A stretch of 29,763 nucleotides of DNA from Phycisphaerales bacterium (GTDB lineage: Bacteria > Planctomycetota > Phycisphaerae > WQYP01): NCBI GenBank assembly GCA_027451365.1, contig DAIDJN010000048.1:1-29763 (forward strand), read 5' to 3'. The notes beneath the pieces were generated by a model that saw only the letters and a list, made by a program, of their open reading frames with translations, had not been told where the DNA came from and searched no databases. The translations under genes were made by a program, and so were the position numbers. Every line of letters begins with the position of its first letter. Positions within the stretch are counted from its first letter, which is position 1. Positions 7,729-17,021 of this stretch are shown here, piece by piece.

Positions 7729-9165
7729 ATGACAACCGATTCGGCTACCGTTTATCCTTTCTGGCTTTCCGGCCAGCAACGGCATGGCCCCGCCGTACCG
7801 GTGCTCAATCCGTATGATGGTTCGATTGTGGGCGCGGTCTGCCAGGCGCGGACCGAAGAACTTTCAGAGGCCGTGGCCGCCATGAGACAATGCGGCGGCC
7901 GCCTGATGGAACGCACTCCGGCCGATCGACAGGCTGCCTGCAAGTGCGTGCTGACGGGATTGCAGGCACAGCGCGAAACGTTCGCACAACTTATTTGCCT
8001 GGAATCCGGCAAGCCGATTGCCACCGCACGGAGCGAGGTGGAACGGGCCATCGCAACATTTTCGCTGGCGGTGGAGGAAAGCGTCCGGCCCGCCAGCGAG
8101 CGCCTTTCAGTGGAAAACCAGCCTGCCTTCAGGAACTACGACTGCCACGTGGAGAGGGTGCCGGTCGGCCCAAGCCTGTTTATCGCACCTTTTAATTTTC
8201 CGCTGAATCTGGTCGCCCATAAGGTCGCACCCGCGCTGGCGTGCGGTTGCCCTTTTATTCTCAAACCCTCTGACCGCACGCCGCTGACGGCACTGCGGCT
8301 GGGTGAACTGCTGGCGGCGGCAAATCTGCCCGTCGGTTCCTGGCATATCCTGCCGACCGCAACCGCGAATATTCAGGCGATGGCAACCGATCCGGACATT
8401 GCACTGATTTCATTTACCGGCTCGGAAAAAGTTGGCTGGGAACTGTATCGTCAGGCGACGGGCAAGACGGTATTACTGGAACTTGGCTCCAACAGCCCGG
8501 TTATAGTGGAACCCGATGCCGATCTGGCGGACGCGGCCGAACGGATTGTGCGCGGAGCCTTTGGCTACAGCGGGCAAAGTTGTATCAGCGTGCAGCGTAT
8601 ATATCTGCAAAAAAGCATAGCCGCCGCATGCACGCGGATGCTGGTGGAAAAAGCGCAAGCCTTCCGCCCCGGGGACCCGCTTGACCCCCGAACCGATATC
8701 GGCCCGATGATCGATCTTGCGGCGGCTCGGCGCGTGGAACAATCGGTGCGCGACGCGGTGACCGCCGGCGGCAAACTTCTTTGTGGCGGGCAGCGGACTG
8801 GAAATTTTTATCCGCCCACACTCCTGACCGATGTCCCGGAAAATCAGCCGGTGGTGTGCGAAGAAATTTTCGGTCCGGTCGCGGTGATTCAGACTTATGA
8901 TACTCTGACGGAGGCCATTCAAGCGGCCAATTGTTCGCGTCTGGGTATTCACGCGGGTATTTTCACGTTTAATCCGATCTCGATTCAGTTGGCTTGGCAT
9001 CAGTTTGATTTTGCCGGTGTCGTCATCAACGATGTTCCGACCACGCGGGCCGACGCGATGCCCTATGGAGGCGTTAAATACTCGGGCCTTGGCCGTGAAG
9101 GTGTGCGCTACGCCATGGAACACTTGACCAGACCCAAAGCACTGCTGACGCGGCATGCAACTTAA
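7729..9165 (+). CDS. NAD(P)-dependent aldehyde dehydrogenase family protein
   Basis: PFNFPLNL, ILKPS, SFTGSE, LELGSNSP, GQSCIS (catalytic Cys), EEIFGPV, PYGGVKYSGLGREG. Start moved to ATG 7729 because the upstream 55 codons look non-homologous. Confidence 0.93.
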   Translation: MTTDSATVYPFWLSGQQRHGPAVPVLNPYDGSIVGAVCQARTEELSEAVAAMRQCGGRLMERTPADRQAACKCVLTGLQAQRETFAQLICLESGKPIATARSEVERAIATFSLAVEESVRPASERLSVENQPAFRNYDCHVERVPVGPSLFIAPFNFPLNLVAHKVAPALACGCPFILKPSDRTPLTALRLGELLAAANLPVGSWHILPTATANIQAMATDPDIALISFTGSEKVGWELYRQATGKTVLLELGSNSPVIVEPDADLADAAERIVRGAFGYSGQSCISVQRIYLQKSIAAACTRMLVEKAQAFRPGDPLDPRTDIGPMIDLAAARRVEQSVRDAVTAGGKLLCGGQRTGNFYPPTLLTDVPENQPVVCEEIFGPVAVIQTYDTLTEAIQAANCSRLGIHAGIFTFNPISIQLAWHQFDFAGVVINDVPTTRADAMPYGGVKYSGLGREGVRYAMEHLTRPKALLTRHAT

Positions 9166-9228
9166 GCATTGTTGCGCCAGCGCCGGCCGCCAAGGAAAAA
9201 AGCGGAAACGGCTGTGTGACGACGCATA

Positions 9229-11505
9229 TCAACAAATAGCTATTCGTTCATTGTATGAGCGGGCGGCACGCCGGCAAAAGATATATGGAACCGACGCCGG
9301 AGGTGCGGCCGGCGAGCCACGCGCGTAATTTAAAATGAAAGTTCGCGCCACAGCACCGGCCAGATGCACCGCGCCATCAGTTGGATAGGGCCGCTGCGAA
9401 AGACCGGCCCACGGATTTAATTCCGCTTTGTCGCCCGGTTTTGCCACGGCTATGTGCGGCCTGCGGGACAAGCGGGCACTTGCCGGCCCACCGGATGTCC
9501 GATTCGGCGCGTTGCGCAGAATGAAACTCACCGCGCCATACCCCGGATTATCCAGATAACGGGCATATTCGCGCCGGCCAAGGTCGTCAACAGCACGGCG
9601 GCACAAGTCTCCGGTAAGAGGACTGGGTTGGTCTGACCAGGCGGTGACCACCACATCCGCCCGACCGGTGGAAAGCAAATCTCCAGCGCGGTCCAGCACC
9701 GCGGTAACCGGGGTGTATGGATGGGCCAGCGTTTCGCATGGACCATGAATGCCAAAGCGAATCGCCGCAGAGGAGGCGGCATTGGAATAAACCGACCGGG
9801 AAAAATGCAGCGGAGACGCATATCTGCCATCCGCATCCAGCATGGAATCCAGATAGGCGATGGTGCTTTCAATCATGCCCCAGGCGGTATAAAGCAAAAG
9901 AGCGATGCGGTTGGAATCCACATTGGACGGATTCAATCCCGCCGCCTGCCAGGCCTGCTCAATCACCGTACAGGCCAGCGCCGCCACCGGGTCAAGCTTT
10001 TGCGTTTCCGCTGGCGCAACAGGTGATGGTTGCCGCCCAAGCCATTGAAAATCGACCGAATCCGGACATTGTTCCGAGGCGGCTTCACCGGCGCGTAAAT
10101 CGGATGTGGCGGCCGCCACAATGTCGGCGGCATCTTTAAAATCGGAAGTACGCACGCCCATTCCCAGAATTTCCAGCCATTGGCGATCCGCAGACCACCA
10201 ATTACAGCCGGAAATTGCCGGTTCGGCGGCGGACCGCGGATCGGCGGAAAATATCAGTGCCGTGTTGTTGCCACCAAATGCGAAGTTGCAATTCAACGCA
10301 GTTCCCACCGGCTGCTCCACAGATTCCAATGCCAGCGGCAGCAGCGGCTTGCCATCTGCGGCCATTTCCGGGTCCTGGCAACCGGCATTCGGGGGCACCC
10401 GTCCCCGGTCTATGGCCAGAACGCAGATCGCCGATTCCACCGCCCCGGCCGCGCCAAACGTATGACCAGTAAGCCGTTTAGTGGAACTGACCGGCGGGAC
10501 CGCGGCACCCGCACGTCCCCAGATTTCCCGAATGGCCAGTGATTCCATCAGGTCATTGTCACGTGATGCGGTGCCGTGGGCGTTGATATAATCAATGTCT
10601 GGTGGTGTCATGCCGGCATCGGCCAGGGCCAGTTCTATGGCGCGCTGCGCCTGTGCGGCGGAAGGGTCAGGTTTGGTAATATGAAACGCGTCGCAAGTGG
10701 CGGCAAAACCGCGGATGTACCCCAATGGCCGAGCCCCGCGTTTAGCGGCATGTTGCAAAGATTCCAATATCAGAATTGCGGCACCTTCACCCACGGTAAT
10801 GCCACGGCGGTTCTGGTCAAACGGACGGCAGCCGTCCGCGGCTACCAGTTTCAAACTGTTAAACCCGGAAATAATCAGGCGGCAGAGCGATTCTGTCCCA
10901 CCTGCCACGGCCATCGATATCTTGCCCAGACGAATGGCATCCACGGCAGCGCCGATGGTCATGGCCGATCCAACACATGTGGTCAGGTTCATATATAGCG
11001 GACCGCTTATTCGGTGGCGTCTGCAAAGCAATTCCAATGCCTCATAGGGCTGAATGCGCCGCATCAGATTTGAATCGGCCGCGGCGGCATCACTGCGGAA
11101 GACGGCATAAAATTTTTCGTTGCCATCCATGCCGCAAACCGTAGTGGCCAGAAAACAGCCGACGGTTTTGCCCAGAAAGGCGAGCGTTCGCGGCAGACCG
11201 GCGGATTTAAGCGCCTCGTCGGAGGCGGCGCACGCAAGCTGTTGGGTGCGCGCAAGTGTTTTCCATAGAGCCGGCTTCAAGTCGTCCGGGCAATGCGGTG
11301 TGGGGCACTGGGCGACGCGAATCAGCTGGAGCGCCGCGGGAAGATATCCCCGCCACGGGGCCAGAGAGTCCGGCGCGCTGTGAATTGCAGCCCAGGTGGT
11401 GGCGACATCCGCTCCAGCGCAGGTGACCATGCCGATGCCGGTAACGGCCACCGCCGCCGACGGCTCGCGAACTGCGCCCAAATTCTGACCGGCTGAATCA
11501 TTCAT
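9229..11505 (-). CDS. beta-ketoacyl-ACP synthase (FabF-like) fused to a C-terminal chain-length-factor-like degenerate KS domain
   Basis: N-domain: TTCVGS (Cys), INAHGT, STKRLTGHTFGAAG, NFAFGGNN. C-domain: ASPLHFSRSVYSNAAS...FGIHGP without a catalytic triad. Start overlaps the upstream stop (ATGA). Confidence 0.85.
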   Translation of the reverse strand: MNDSAGQNLGAVREPSAAVAVTGIGMVTCAGADVATTWAAIHSAPDSLAPWRGYLPAALQLIRVAQCPTPHCPDDLKPALWKTLARTQQLACAASDEALKSAGLPRTLAFLGKTVGCFLATTVCGMDGNEKFYAVFRSDAAAADSNLMRRIQPYEALELLCRRHRISGPLYMNLTTCVGSAMTIGAAVDAIRLGKISMAVAGGTESLCRLIISGFNSLKLVAADGCRPFDQNRRGITVGEGAAILILESLQHAAKRGARPLGYIRGFAATCDAFHITKPDPSAAQAQRAIELALADAGMTPPDIDYINAHGTASRDNDLMESLAIREIWGRAGAAVPPVSSTKRLTGHTFGAAGAVESAICVLAIDRGRVPPNAGCQDPEMAADGKPLLPLALESVEQPVGTALNCNFAFGGNNTALIFSADPRSAAEPAISGCNWWSADRQWLEILGMGVRTSDFKDAADIVAAATSDLRAGEAASEQCPDSVDFQWLGRQPSPVAPAETQKLDPVAALACTVIEQAWQAAGLNPSNVDSNRIALLLYTAWGMIESTIAYLDSMLDADGRYASPLHFSRSVYSNAASSAAIRFGIHGPCETLAHPYTPVTAVLDRAGDLLSTGRADVVVTAWSDQPSPLTGDLCRRAVDDLGRREYARYLDNPGYGAVSFILRNAPNRTSGGPASARLSRRPHIAVAKPGDKAELNPWAGLSQRPYPTDGAVHLAGAVARTFILNYARGSPAAPPASVPYIFCRRAARSYNERIAIC

Positions 11506-12767
11506 GCGCCAAAGCCTGTTGAAGCGGACAATCTTTCCACCGCATCCTTCGGATGGCTTCCTTCGCCGGGGCCGGTTTTGTCGCGGCGGGAAAGAATGGC
11601 ACTTGCGAGCGGATTGGACCGGTTCCAGACATCCCCACTCAGAATCCCGATAATAGCCTGACGCGCCGCCGCAGGCTGGTGCGGTGCGAAAAACAGATTG
11701 CGCACCAGATCCCGCTGGTAGAATCTTCCAACAAACGATTCAAACACAGCCAGACCCTGATCCATTGTTTCTGAATAACCGCTTAACTTGTCCATGGAAC
11801 CGGACCCTAAAAATTCTTTCACTGCGGCAGCCGCCAGTTTTGCGGATGTAAGGGCCAGATGCACGCCGCTGGAGAAAATCGGGTCCAGAAAGCCGCCCGC
11901 ATCACCTATCAGCATGAATCTGGGCCCGGTTTTTTGCAGGCAACGGTAGCTGTAATCCGAGACAGCTCGCCAATCCGCCAGAGGCGTGGCACGGTCGATG
12001 CGGCTCTGAAGCGTCGGTGATTGGGCAACCGCCGCCATGAATTGTTGCCGCAGGTCGAGATTTTTCCCAATGCCCTTCTGCCCCAGCACCGCCCCGACGC
12101 TCATGCTGCCATCGCGCAACGGAATGCACCATATCCAGCCGTGAGGAATCATGTGCATGGTAATGTATTGCCGTTCATGTTCGGCGGCGACGGGCAAATC
12201 CTGAAAGTAGTTGTAAATCGCAAGTCGGCCAAAATCCGGCAGCATTTTTCTTAACCCCATCCGCCGAGCCAGGAAGCCCGCGGCACCTGATGCGTCCAGC
12301 AGAAAATCAGCGGTGTATGAGGTTCCATCGGCACATTGAAGGTGGACCGCTTTTTCAGAAAATGCCGCATCCACAACGGCCCGGTTTTCCAGAACTTCGG
12401 CACCGCTTGCAATTGCCACGTCGCGCAACTGCTGATCAAAAATGGATCGGATAACTTGAAATGCGGGTGGGGAATCGCCATTGGACAGAGAAGCGAATTC
12501 AAATGTCCGCATGTCGCCGCTGGCGGGGTCGAAAAATCTGGCACCAAATTTATGCTGATGGTGGGATTCCATAAAATCCCGCCCCAGGCCCGTTTCATGA
12601 AGAATCGGCATGCTATGGGGCAGAAGCGATTCCCCAATATGGTGTCGCGGATGTGCGCCGGCCTCCAGCACACGAACAGTTATTCCACTTTTGGCCAGAA
12701 GGGCCGCTGCCGCAGATCCGGCGGGGCCGCAACCCATGATAATCACTTGTGTGTGTGTGGTCGTCAT
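11502..12767 (-). CDS. FAD-dependent oxidoreductase, flavin-dependent halogenase-like
   Basis: GCGPAG, PRHHIGESLLP, HKFGA (Lys), WIWCIP (WxWxIP), GDAGGFLDPIFSSGV. Start placed at ATG 12767. Confidence 0.85.
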   Translation of the reverse strand: MTTTHTQVIIMGCGPAGSAAAALLAKSGITVRVLEAGAHPRHHIGESLLPHSMPILHETGLGRDFMESHHQHKFGARFFDPASGDMRTFEFASLSNGDSPPAFQVIRSIFDQQLRDVAIASGAEVLENRAVVDAAFSEKAVHLQCADGTSYTADFLLDASGAAGFLARRMGLRKMLPDFGRLAIYNYFQDLPVAAEHERQYITMHMIPHGWIWCIPLRDGSMSVGAVLGQKGIGKNLDLRQQFMAAVAQSPTLQSRIDRATPLADWRAVSDYSYRCLQKTGPRFMLIGDAGGFLDPIFSSGVHLALTSAKLAAAAVKEFLGSGSMDKLSGYSETMDQGLAVFESFVGRFYQRDLVRNLFFAPHQPAAARQAIIGILSGDVWNRSNPLASAILSRRDKTGPGEGSHPKDAVERLSASTGFGA

Positions 12768-12884
12768 ACACTTATTTTCCGTCAAGAGTTGCCGGCGGGC
12801 AAGGGATGCCTGGAAAATAACGCGCGGCGAAATTTTCGTACCGGCATTGTTACCCCGCCTTGGATATTCGGCCGGGTTGAGCCA

Positions 12885-13913
12885 TCACCAGCTTTGCAGA
12901 TCCCCAAGAAGTTCTTCCACAAGGTCTTTCATGGTCACCAGGCCTATTGCCTGCCCCTGCCGGTTGACCACCACCGCTATTGTTTGGCGAGCAGCCTGCA
13001 TCAGCCGAATTGCGGTGCGTACGGATTGTTCGCCAAGCAGCGTCAGCGCCGGTTTTAAATGCTGGCGCAATTGCAGTTCGCCACTGCTTCCGATGGCATC
13101 TATCACATCCACAAGTCCCAGCACATCCTGGGCCGACCGCCCCAGCACTGGCATGCGCGACACATGGTAGTGCCGCACCATGGCCTCGAAACCGCGGCGG
13201 CTGATATTCACCGGCACGCCGATGACGCGGTTCCATGGCATCATCACCTCCCGCACATGAATATGGGCTATACGCAGACCGCGTTGAATCAGGTCCTGCT
13301 GCGTGTCAGTCAGCACACCGGTTGCCGTCGGTTCAGCTGTAAAGGCCAGCAACCTCGGCGGCGGGTCCACCTGCGGTGATTCAAGCATGTGGCCGATGAC
13401 GCGACGTGTCAGGAAATCCAGCACTCGCAGCAGCGGCAGAACCGGCAGCACGGTGATCACCATAAGCGACCAGCTCAAAAGCCGGGAAAGCCGATAGGTC
13501 CAATCATCGGCATGGGTTAAAAACAGATCCTTGGGCAGAATTTCAGCAAAGATCAGCATCAGCGGCAGTACGATCAGCGCCGACAAAAGCGTTTGAACCG
13601 TGGGGGAATATTGTCGCTGGCGGATAAGTTCGGCGACGCCCGCCGACACCATGAAATTGCAGATATTCTGCCATATCAGCAGTCCGGCCAGCGGGCCGGC
13701 GGGCTTTTTTATCCATTGGTTCAGCCGCAGGGCCGCAGTATCCTTTTTCCAGCCGCGAAGCTGCAGCCGCGGGCGCGAAAGCACATAAAAACCCGTTTCC
13801 ATGCCGCTGAAAATCATGGAACCAAAAAGTCCCACGGCCGCGACGAGCAGCCATGGCAGCCAGGGAGGCAACGCAGCGGAGGAGACCCTCATCATGCTGA
13901 TCACGCAATTCAT
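12885..13913 (-). CDS. CNNM (DUF21)/CBS-domain membrane protein
   Basis: FSGMETG, IFAEILPK, VREVMMP, SRMPV, GLVTMKDLVEELLG; hydrophobic N-terminal segments. Exact start uncertain. Confidence 0.9.
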   Translation of the reverse strand: MNCVISMMRVSSAALPPWLPWLLVAAVGLFGSMIFSGMETGFYVLSRPRLQLRGWKKDTAALRLNQWIKKPAGPLAGLLIWQNICNFMVSAGVAELIRQRQYSPTVQTLLSALIVLPLMLIFAEILPKDLFLTHADDWTYRLSRLLSWSLMVITVLPVLPLLRVLDFLTRRVIGHMLESPQVDPPPRLLAFTAEPTATGVLTDTQQDLIQRGLRIAHIHVREVMMPWNRVIGVPVNISRRGFEAMVRHYHVSRMPVLGRSAQDVLGLVDVIDAIGSSGELQLRQHLKPALTLLGEQSVRTAIRLMQAARQTIAVVVNRQGQAIGLVTMKDLVEELLGDLQSW

Positions 13914-15256
13914 TGCAGGCTCCCGGGTTTGCCCACACCTGAATCCGGATGATCTTCCGGTGGCGAACCGGAGGTTGGAGAAAGCGTCTCTGCCTTATCC
14001 GCCACGCATATTCGCACCCGGCCGACGCGCGGGCCGCGCATGGTTTCCACCGTAAGCCGGACATTGGGCAGCCGCACCGAATCCCCGGGTCTGGGAACGC
14101 GGCCGAGTTCGGCGTAAATCAGCCCACCGAGGGTCGCCGCCCGCCGGGAGGCATTTCGTCCGCTCAGCAGTTCAGCACAATCCAGCAAGGATACATCCCC
14201 CGATGCGGTCCATTCGTCCGGCCCGGCTGGTTCCAGCCTTTCGTTCACCGGGTCACCGGGTTCTGAAATTTCGCCGATCAATTGTTCCACAACATCTTCA
14301 ATGGATACCAGTCCGGCCACTCCACCAAACTCATCGACCACAATTGCCATCTGGATATGGTTGTCGCGAAAGGTGTTCAGCAGGCGTCCGACGGATTGAA
14401 GCTCGGGAACAAATTGCACCGGCTTGAGCAGTGCTTTAAGCGCAACGGTTGAAGCGGGCTTTTCCAGAAGCAGAGCCTTGGCATACACCACGCCCAATAT
14501 ACTGTCTATCTGCCGGTCATAAACAGGAATTTTGGATAAATGCGTCCGCAGGAACAGTTCGCGCAAATCTTCGATGGGGCGACCAATATCAAAGCCGACC
14601 ATATTCACGCGCGGCACCATGACATGGCGCACGCGCAATTCGCCCAACCTCAGCACACGTTCGATCAACTGATTTTCGCCCACATCAATCATTCCCTCTG
14701 TCTGGGAAAGCGCCAGAAGTTCACGTAATTCACCCAGCGACAGCCCTTCCGGGCTTTGCGGTCGACCAATCAACCGGGCCGCCGGCAGAATTACCAGTTT
14801 TTGAAGCACCGAGACCGCCGGTAAAAGAGTCCGAACCAGCGGCAGCAGCAACGCGGCAAAAACAGGTGCCAAGGAACGGTTGAATGTGCGGCCGATCATT
14901 TTCGGCATTACTTCGCCGACATAGGCCACCAGCAGAAGTGGTGCCGGCGCACAAGCCAGAGCCACAGCGCCGCCGGACTGCCGGGCAATGGAGGCGAGCA
15001 GGACGCTGCTGAAAATAAATACCAGGGTGGTACAGGCCATGTTAAACAACAAAATGACAATTAACAGGGACCGGCCCATATCCCGCAGGCGGGCCACGGT
15101 GGCTTCGCGGCGGCTGCGGCTTTTTCGAAAATAAAGAATATCCGCCCGTGTCAGCGAAAAAATGGCTGTTTCACTGCATGAAAACACCGCGGCCAACAGG
15201 AGCGTCGCCCCCGCGGGGAGAATGACATTGATATGATCCAGCAGAAGTTTCATCAT
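13910..15256 (-). CDS. Hemolysin/CNNM-CBS-CorC_HlyC family protein
   Basis: FSCSETAIFSL, GEVMPK, VRHVMVPR, SKIPVY, VVDEFGGVAGLVSIEDVVEQLIGEI, C-terminal TLGGLIYAELGRVP. Start placed at ATG 15256. Confidence 0.92.
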   Translation of the reverse strand: MMKLLLDHINVILPAGATLLLAAVFSCSETAIFSLTRADILYFRKSRSRREATVARLRDMGRSLLIVILLFNMACTTLVFIFSSVLLASIARQSGGAVALACAPAPLLLVAYVGEVMPKMIGRTFNRSLAPVFAALLLPLVRTLLPAVSVLQKLVILPAARLIGRPQSPEGLSLGELRELLALSQTEGMIDVGENQLIERVLRLGELRVRHVMVPRVNMVGFDIGRPIEDLRELFLRTHLSKIPVYDRQIDSILGVVYAKALLLEKPASTVALKALLKPVQFVPELQSVGRLLNTFRDNHIQMAIVVDEFGGVAGLVSIEDVVEQLIGEISEPGDPVNERLEPAGPDEWTASGDVSLLDCAELLSGRNASRRAATLGGLIYAELGRVPRPGDSVRLPNVRLTVETMRGPRVGRVRICVADKAETLSPTSGSPPEDHPDSGVGKPGSLQ

Positions 15257-15343
15257 GCCAAAAAAGCCCAGGGCCGCCGGCGCGTGTTTTTCGTCGCCGC
15301 CGATGTTTGACAATATCCTATTTTCGCCGAATATGCCCGGTTT

Positions 15344-16933
15344 ATGAAAGTGTCATGGAAAAAATATTGGATAGCCGTTTCGGGCGGTCAAGTTGGCGAG
15401 CCGGTGGCAAGCCGCCGACGGAGCATTTGGCGCGTCGGTCTGGCGGTGTGGTTCGCACTGCTGCTGGCCAGCGCTGGCTCCTGTGCGCAGAATCCGGATA
15501 CGCCGACCGGACGGGGCATACGCATTGGGCGCCTTGCACACAGACTGGCGAATGCGGCCAACCCTTATCGTCAAAGAATCCGGGCGGATCGGCAACTTGC
15601 GGCCCTTGTGGGAACGAACAGTTCTATCCGGCTTCATTTGTTGACTGACATTATTTGCGACCCAACAGATTCGCCGCGAATTAAAGTTTATGCCCTGGCG
15701 CGTCTGGCCCACTGCGAACCGGGCCTGGCCAGACACCTCCTCCATCGGCGGATTTATAAAATGGAGCACTGGCGGGTGTTAACCGCGGCCTGCCAATGGG
15801 CTGTTTCCCTGCATGACCGCGGGTCTTTGAACGCACTTTTTCGATCACTGAAGCGTCCGGCACGGCGGTTTGCGATCCCCCATCGACCCGAGGCCGCCGC
15901 CATTCGATATTTGTGTCATTCCACACTGACGCAGGCGTTATGGCAAAGACTGGCGCAGGGCGGCGACATTGCAGCCCGGTTGGCGGCGCTGGAAATTCTA
16001 TATCAGGTGCATGGCAGGGCAGCCGTTAAAGCGGGCATACTGAAGCTTGTTCCGCGCGACCCGCTGATTGCGTCGCTAAGCTGGTACATTCGCATATTTG
16101 GCTATGTGCCGCACCGGGCGACGGAAGTGGCATGGATAGAACAATTGGATCATCAACCTTCCGCCGACATTGTCCGACTGGCCCGGCAACGTATCGGCCG
16201 CGTAACCGGCCGGGGAAAAATGCGCCACGGTATAGCGCCTCGGTACCTGAAATTGCTGGCAATACTGGTAAAGCCGGCCGATTATCCGTCCGCGCTTGCA
16301 TTAAAAAGGCAGGTCGCCAGTCTGCTGGCAACGCACCGGCATATTCGCAGACCGGTTCCCTATGCCGGCGCGCCGACTGACATCAATCCGACACTTGCCG
16401 CCAATGCCGATCGACTGACCTATTGCGATCTGCTGCTGGTCAGAACAATGTTGCAGGCCCTAAGCCAGGCATCATTTGTCCACAGTGTGTGGCGGCTGGG
16501 AAAGGCGTCGCGGCGCGACACTTCTTCCGAACAGGGCGGACTGATTCTTGCCAATCACGGACAACCCAAACAGAGCGGACCGCGGCTGCGCCTTCGGCTG
16601 TTCGCACCGGCAATGCGCTTGAATAACACTATTTATGTGTCAAGTCCGCAATTGCTGATGGCCACGCCGCACGGACTGGCCGAGTTTATTTTTCATTTTC
16701 AGAGGCGCCACAATGCCCGTTATACCGGTCCGGCGGAAGGGGATTTAAAATATGTCCGGCATAAAGGCTGCAGCGTGGTGATCTTCACCTCCACAGGCCG
16801 CCGAAAATTTGACACGGTATTGGATACTCCCACCGGCGCGGTACTGGACTTGGGAATCAGCGCCGCAGAAAAGTCTATCGCGGCAGTAAGGCGGGTGATG
16901 TATCCACAGCCGTCCCCACAAGCGTTGCCATGA
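15344..16933 (+). CDS. Hypothetical exported/membrane-anchored protein with a helical middle and a degenerate JAB/MPN-like C-terminus
   Basis: 529-aa ORF; hydrophobic segment ending AGSC; C-terminal EQGG...FIFHFQ...GPAEGD. Confidence 0.6.
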   Translation: MKVSWKKYWIAVSGGQVGEPVASRRRSIWRVGLAVWFALLLASAGSCAQNPDTPTGRGIRIGRLAHRLANAANPYRQRIRADRQLAALVGTNSSIRLHLLTDIICDPTDSPRIKVYALARLAHCEPGLARHLLHRRIYKMEHWRVLTAACQWAVSLHDRGSLNALFRSLKRPARRFAIPHRPEAAAIRYLCHSTLTQALWQRLAQGGDIAARLAALEILYQVHGRAAVKAGILKLVPRDPLIASLSWYIRIFGYVPHRATEVAWIEQLDHQPSADIVRLARQRIGRVTGRGKMRHGIAPRYLKLLAILVKPADYPSALALKRQVASLLATHRHIRRPVPYAGAPTDINPTLAANADRLTYCDLLLVRTMLQALSQASFVHSVWRLGKASRRDTSSEQGGLILANHGQPKQSGPRLRLRLFAPAMRLNNTIYVSSPQLLMATPHGLAEFIFHFQRRHNARYTGPAEGDLKYVRHKGCSVVIFTSTGRRKFDTVLDTPTGAVLDLGISAAEKSIAAVRRVMYPQPSPQALP

Positions 16934-16985
16934 CATTCGTTGTCCGATTCAGACGACCTGAATCCCCGGCGAATCCCGCCTGCCA

Positions 16986-17014
16986 TTGCCGAAGACAACT
17001 TCCGCGTGTACAAA
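16986..17014 (+). promoter_or_regulatory. sigma70-like promoter of galM, probably leaderless mRNA
   Basis: TTGCCG, 17 nt, TACAAA; ATG at 17022 is 7 nt downstream; no SD motif. Confidence 0.5.
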
Positions 17015-17021
17015 TAGCGGT

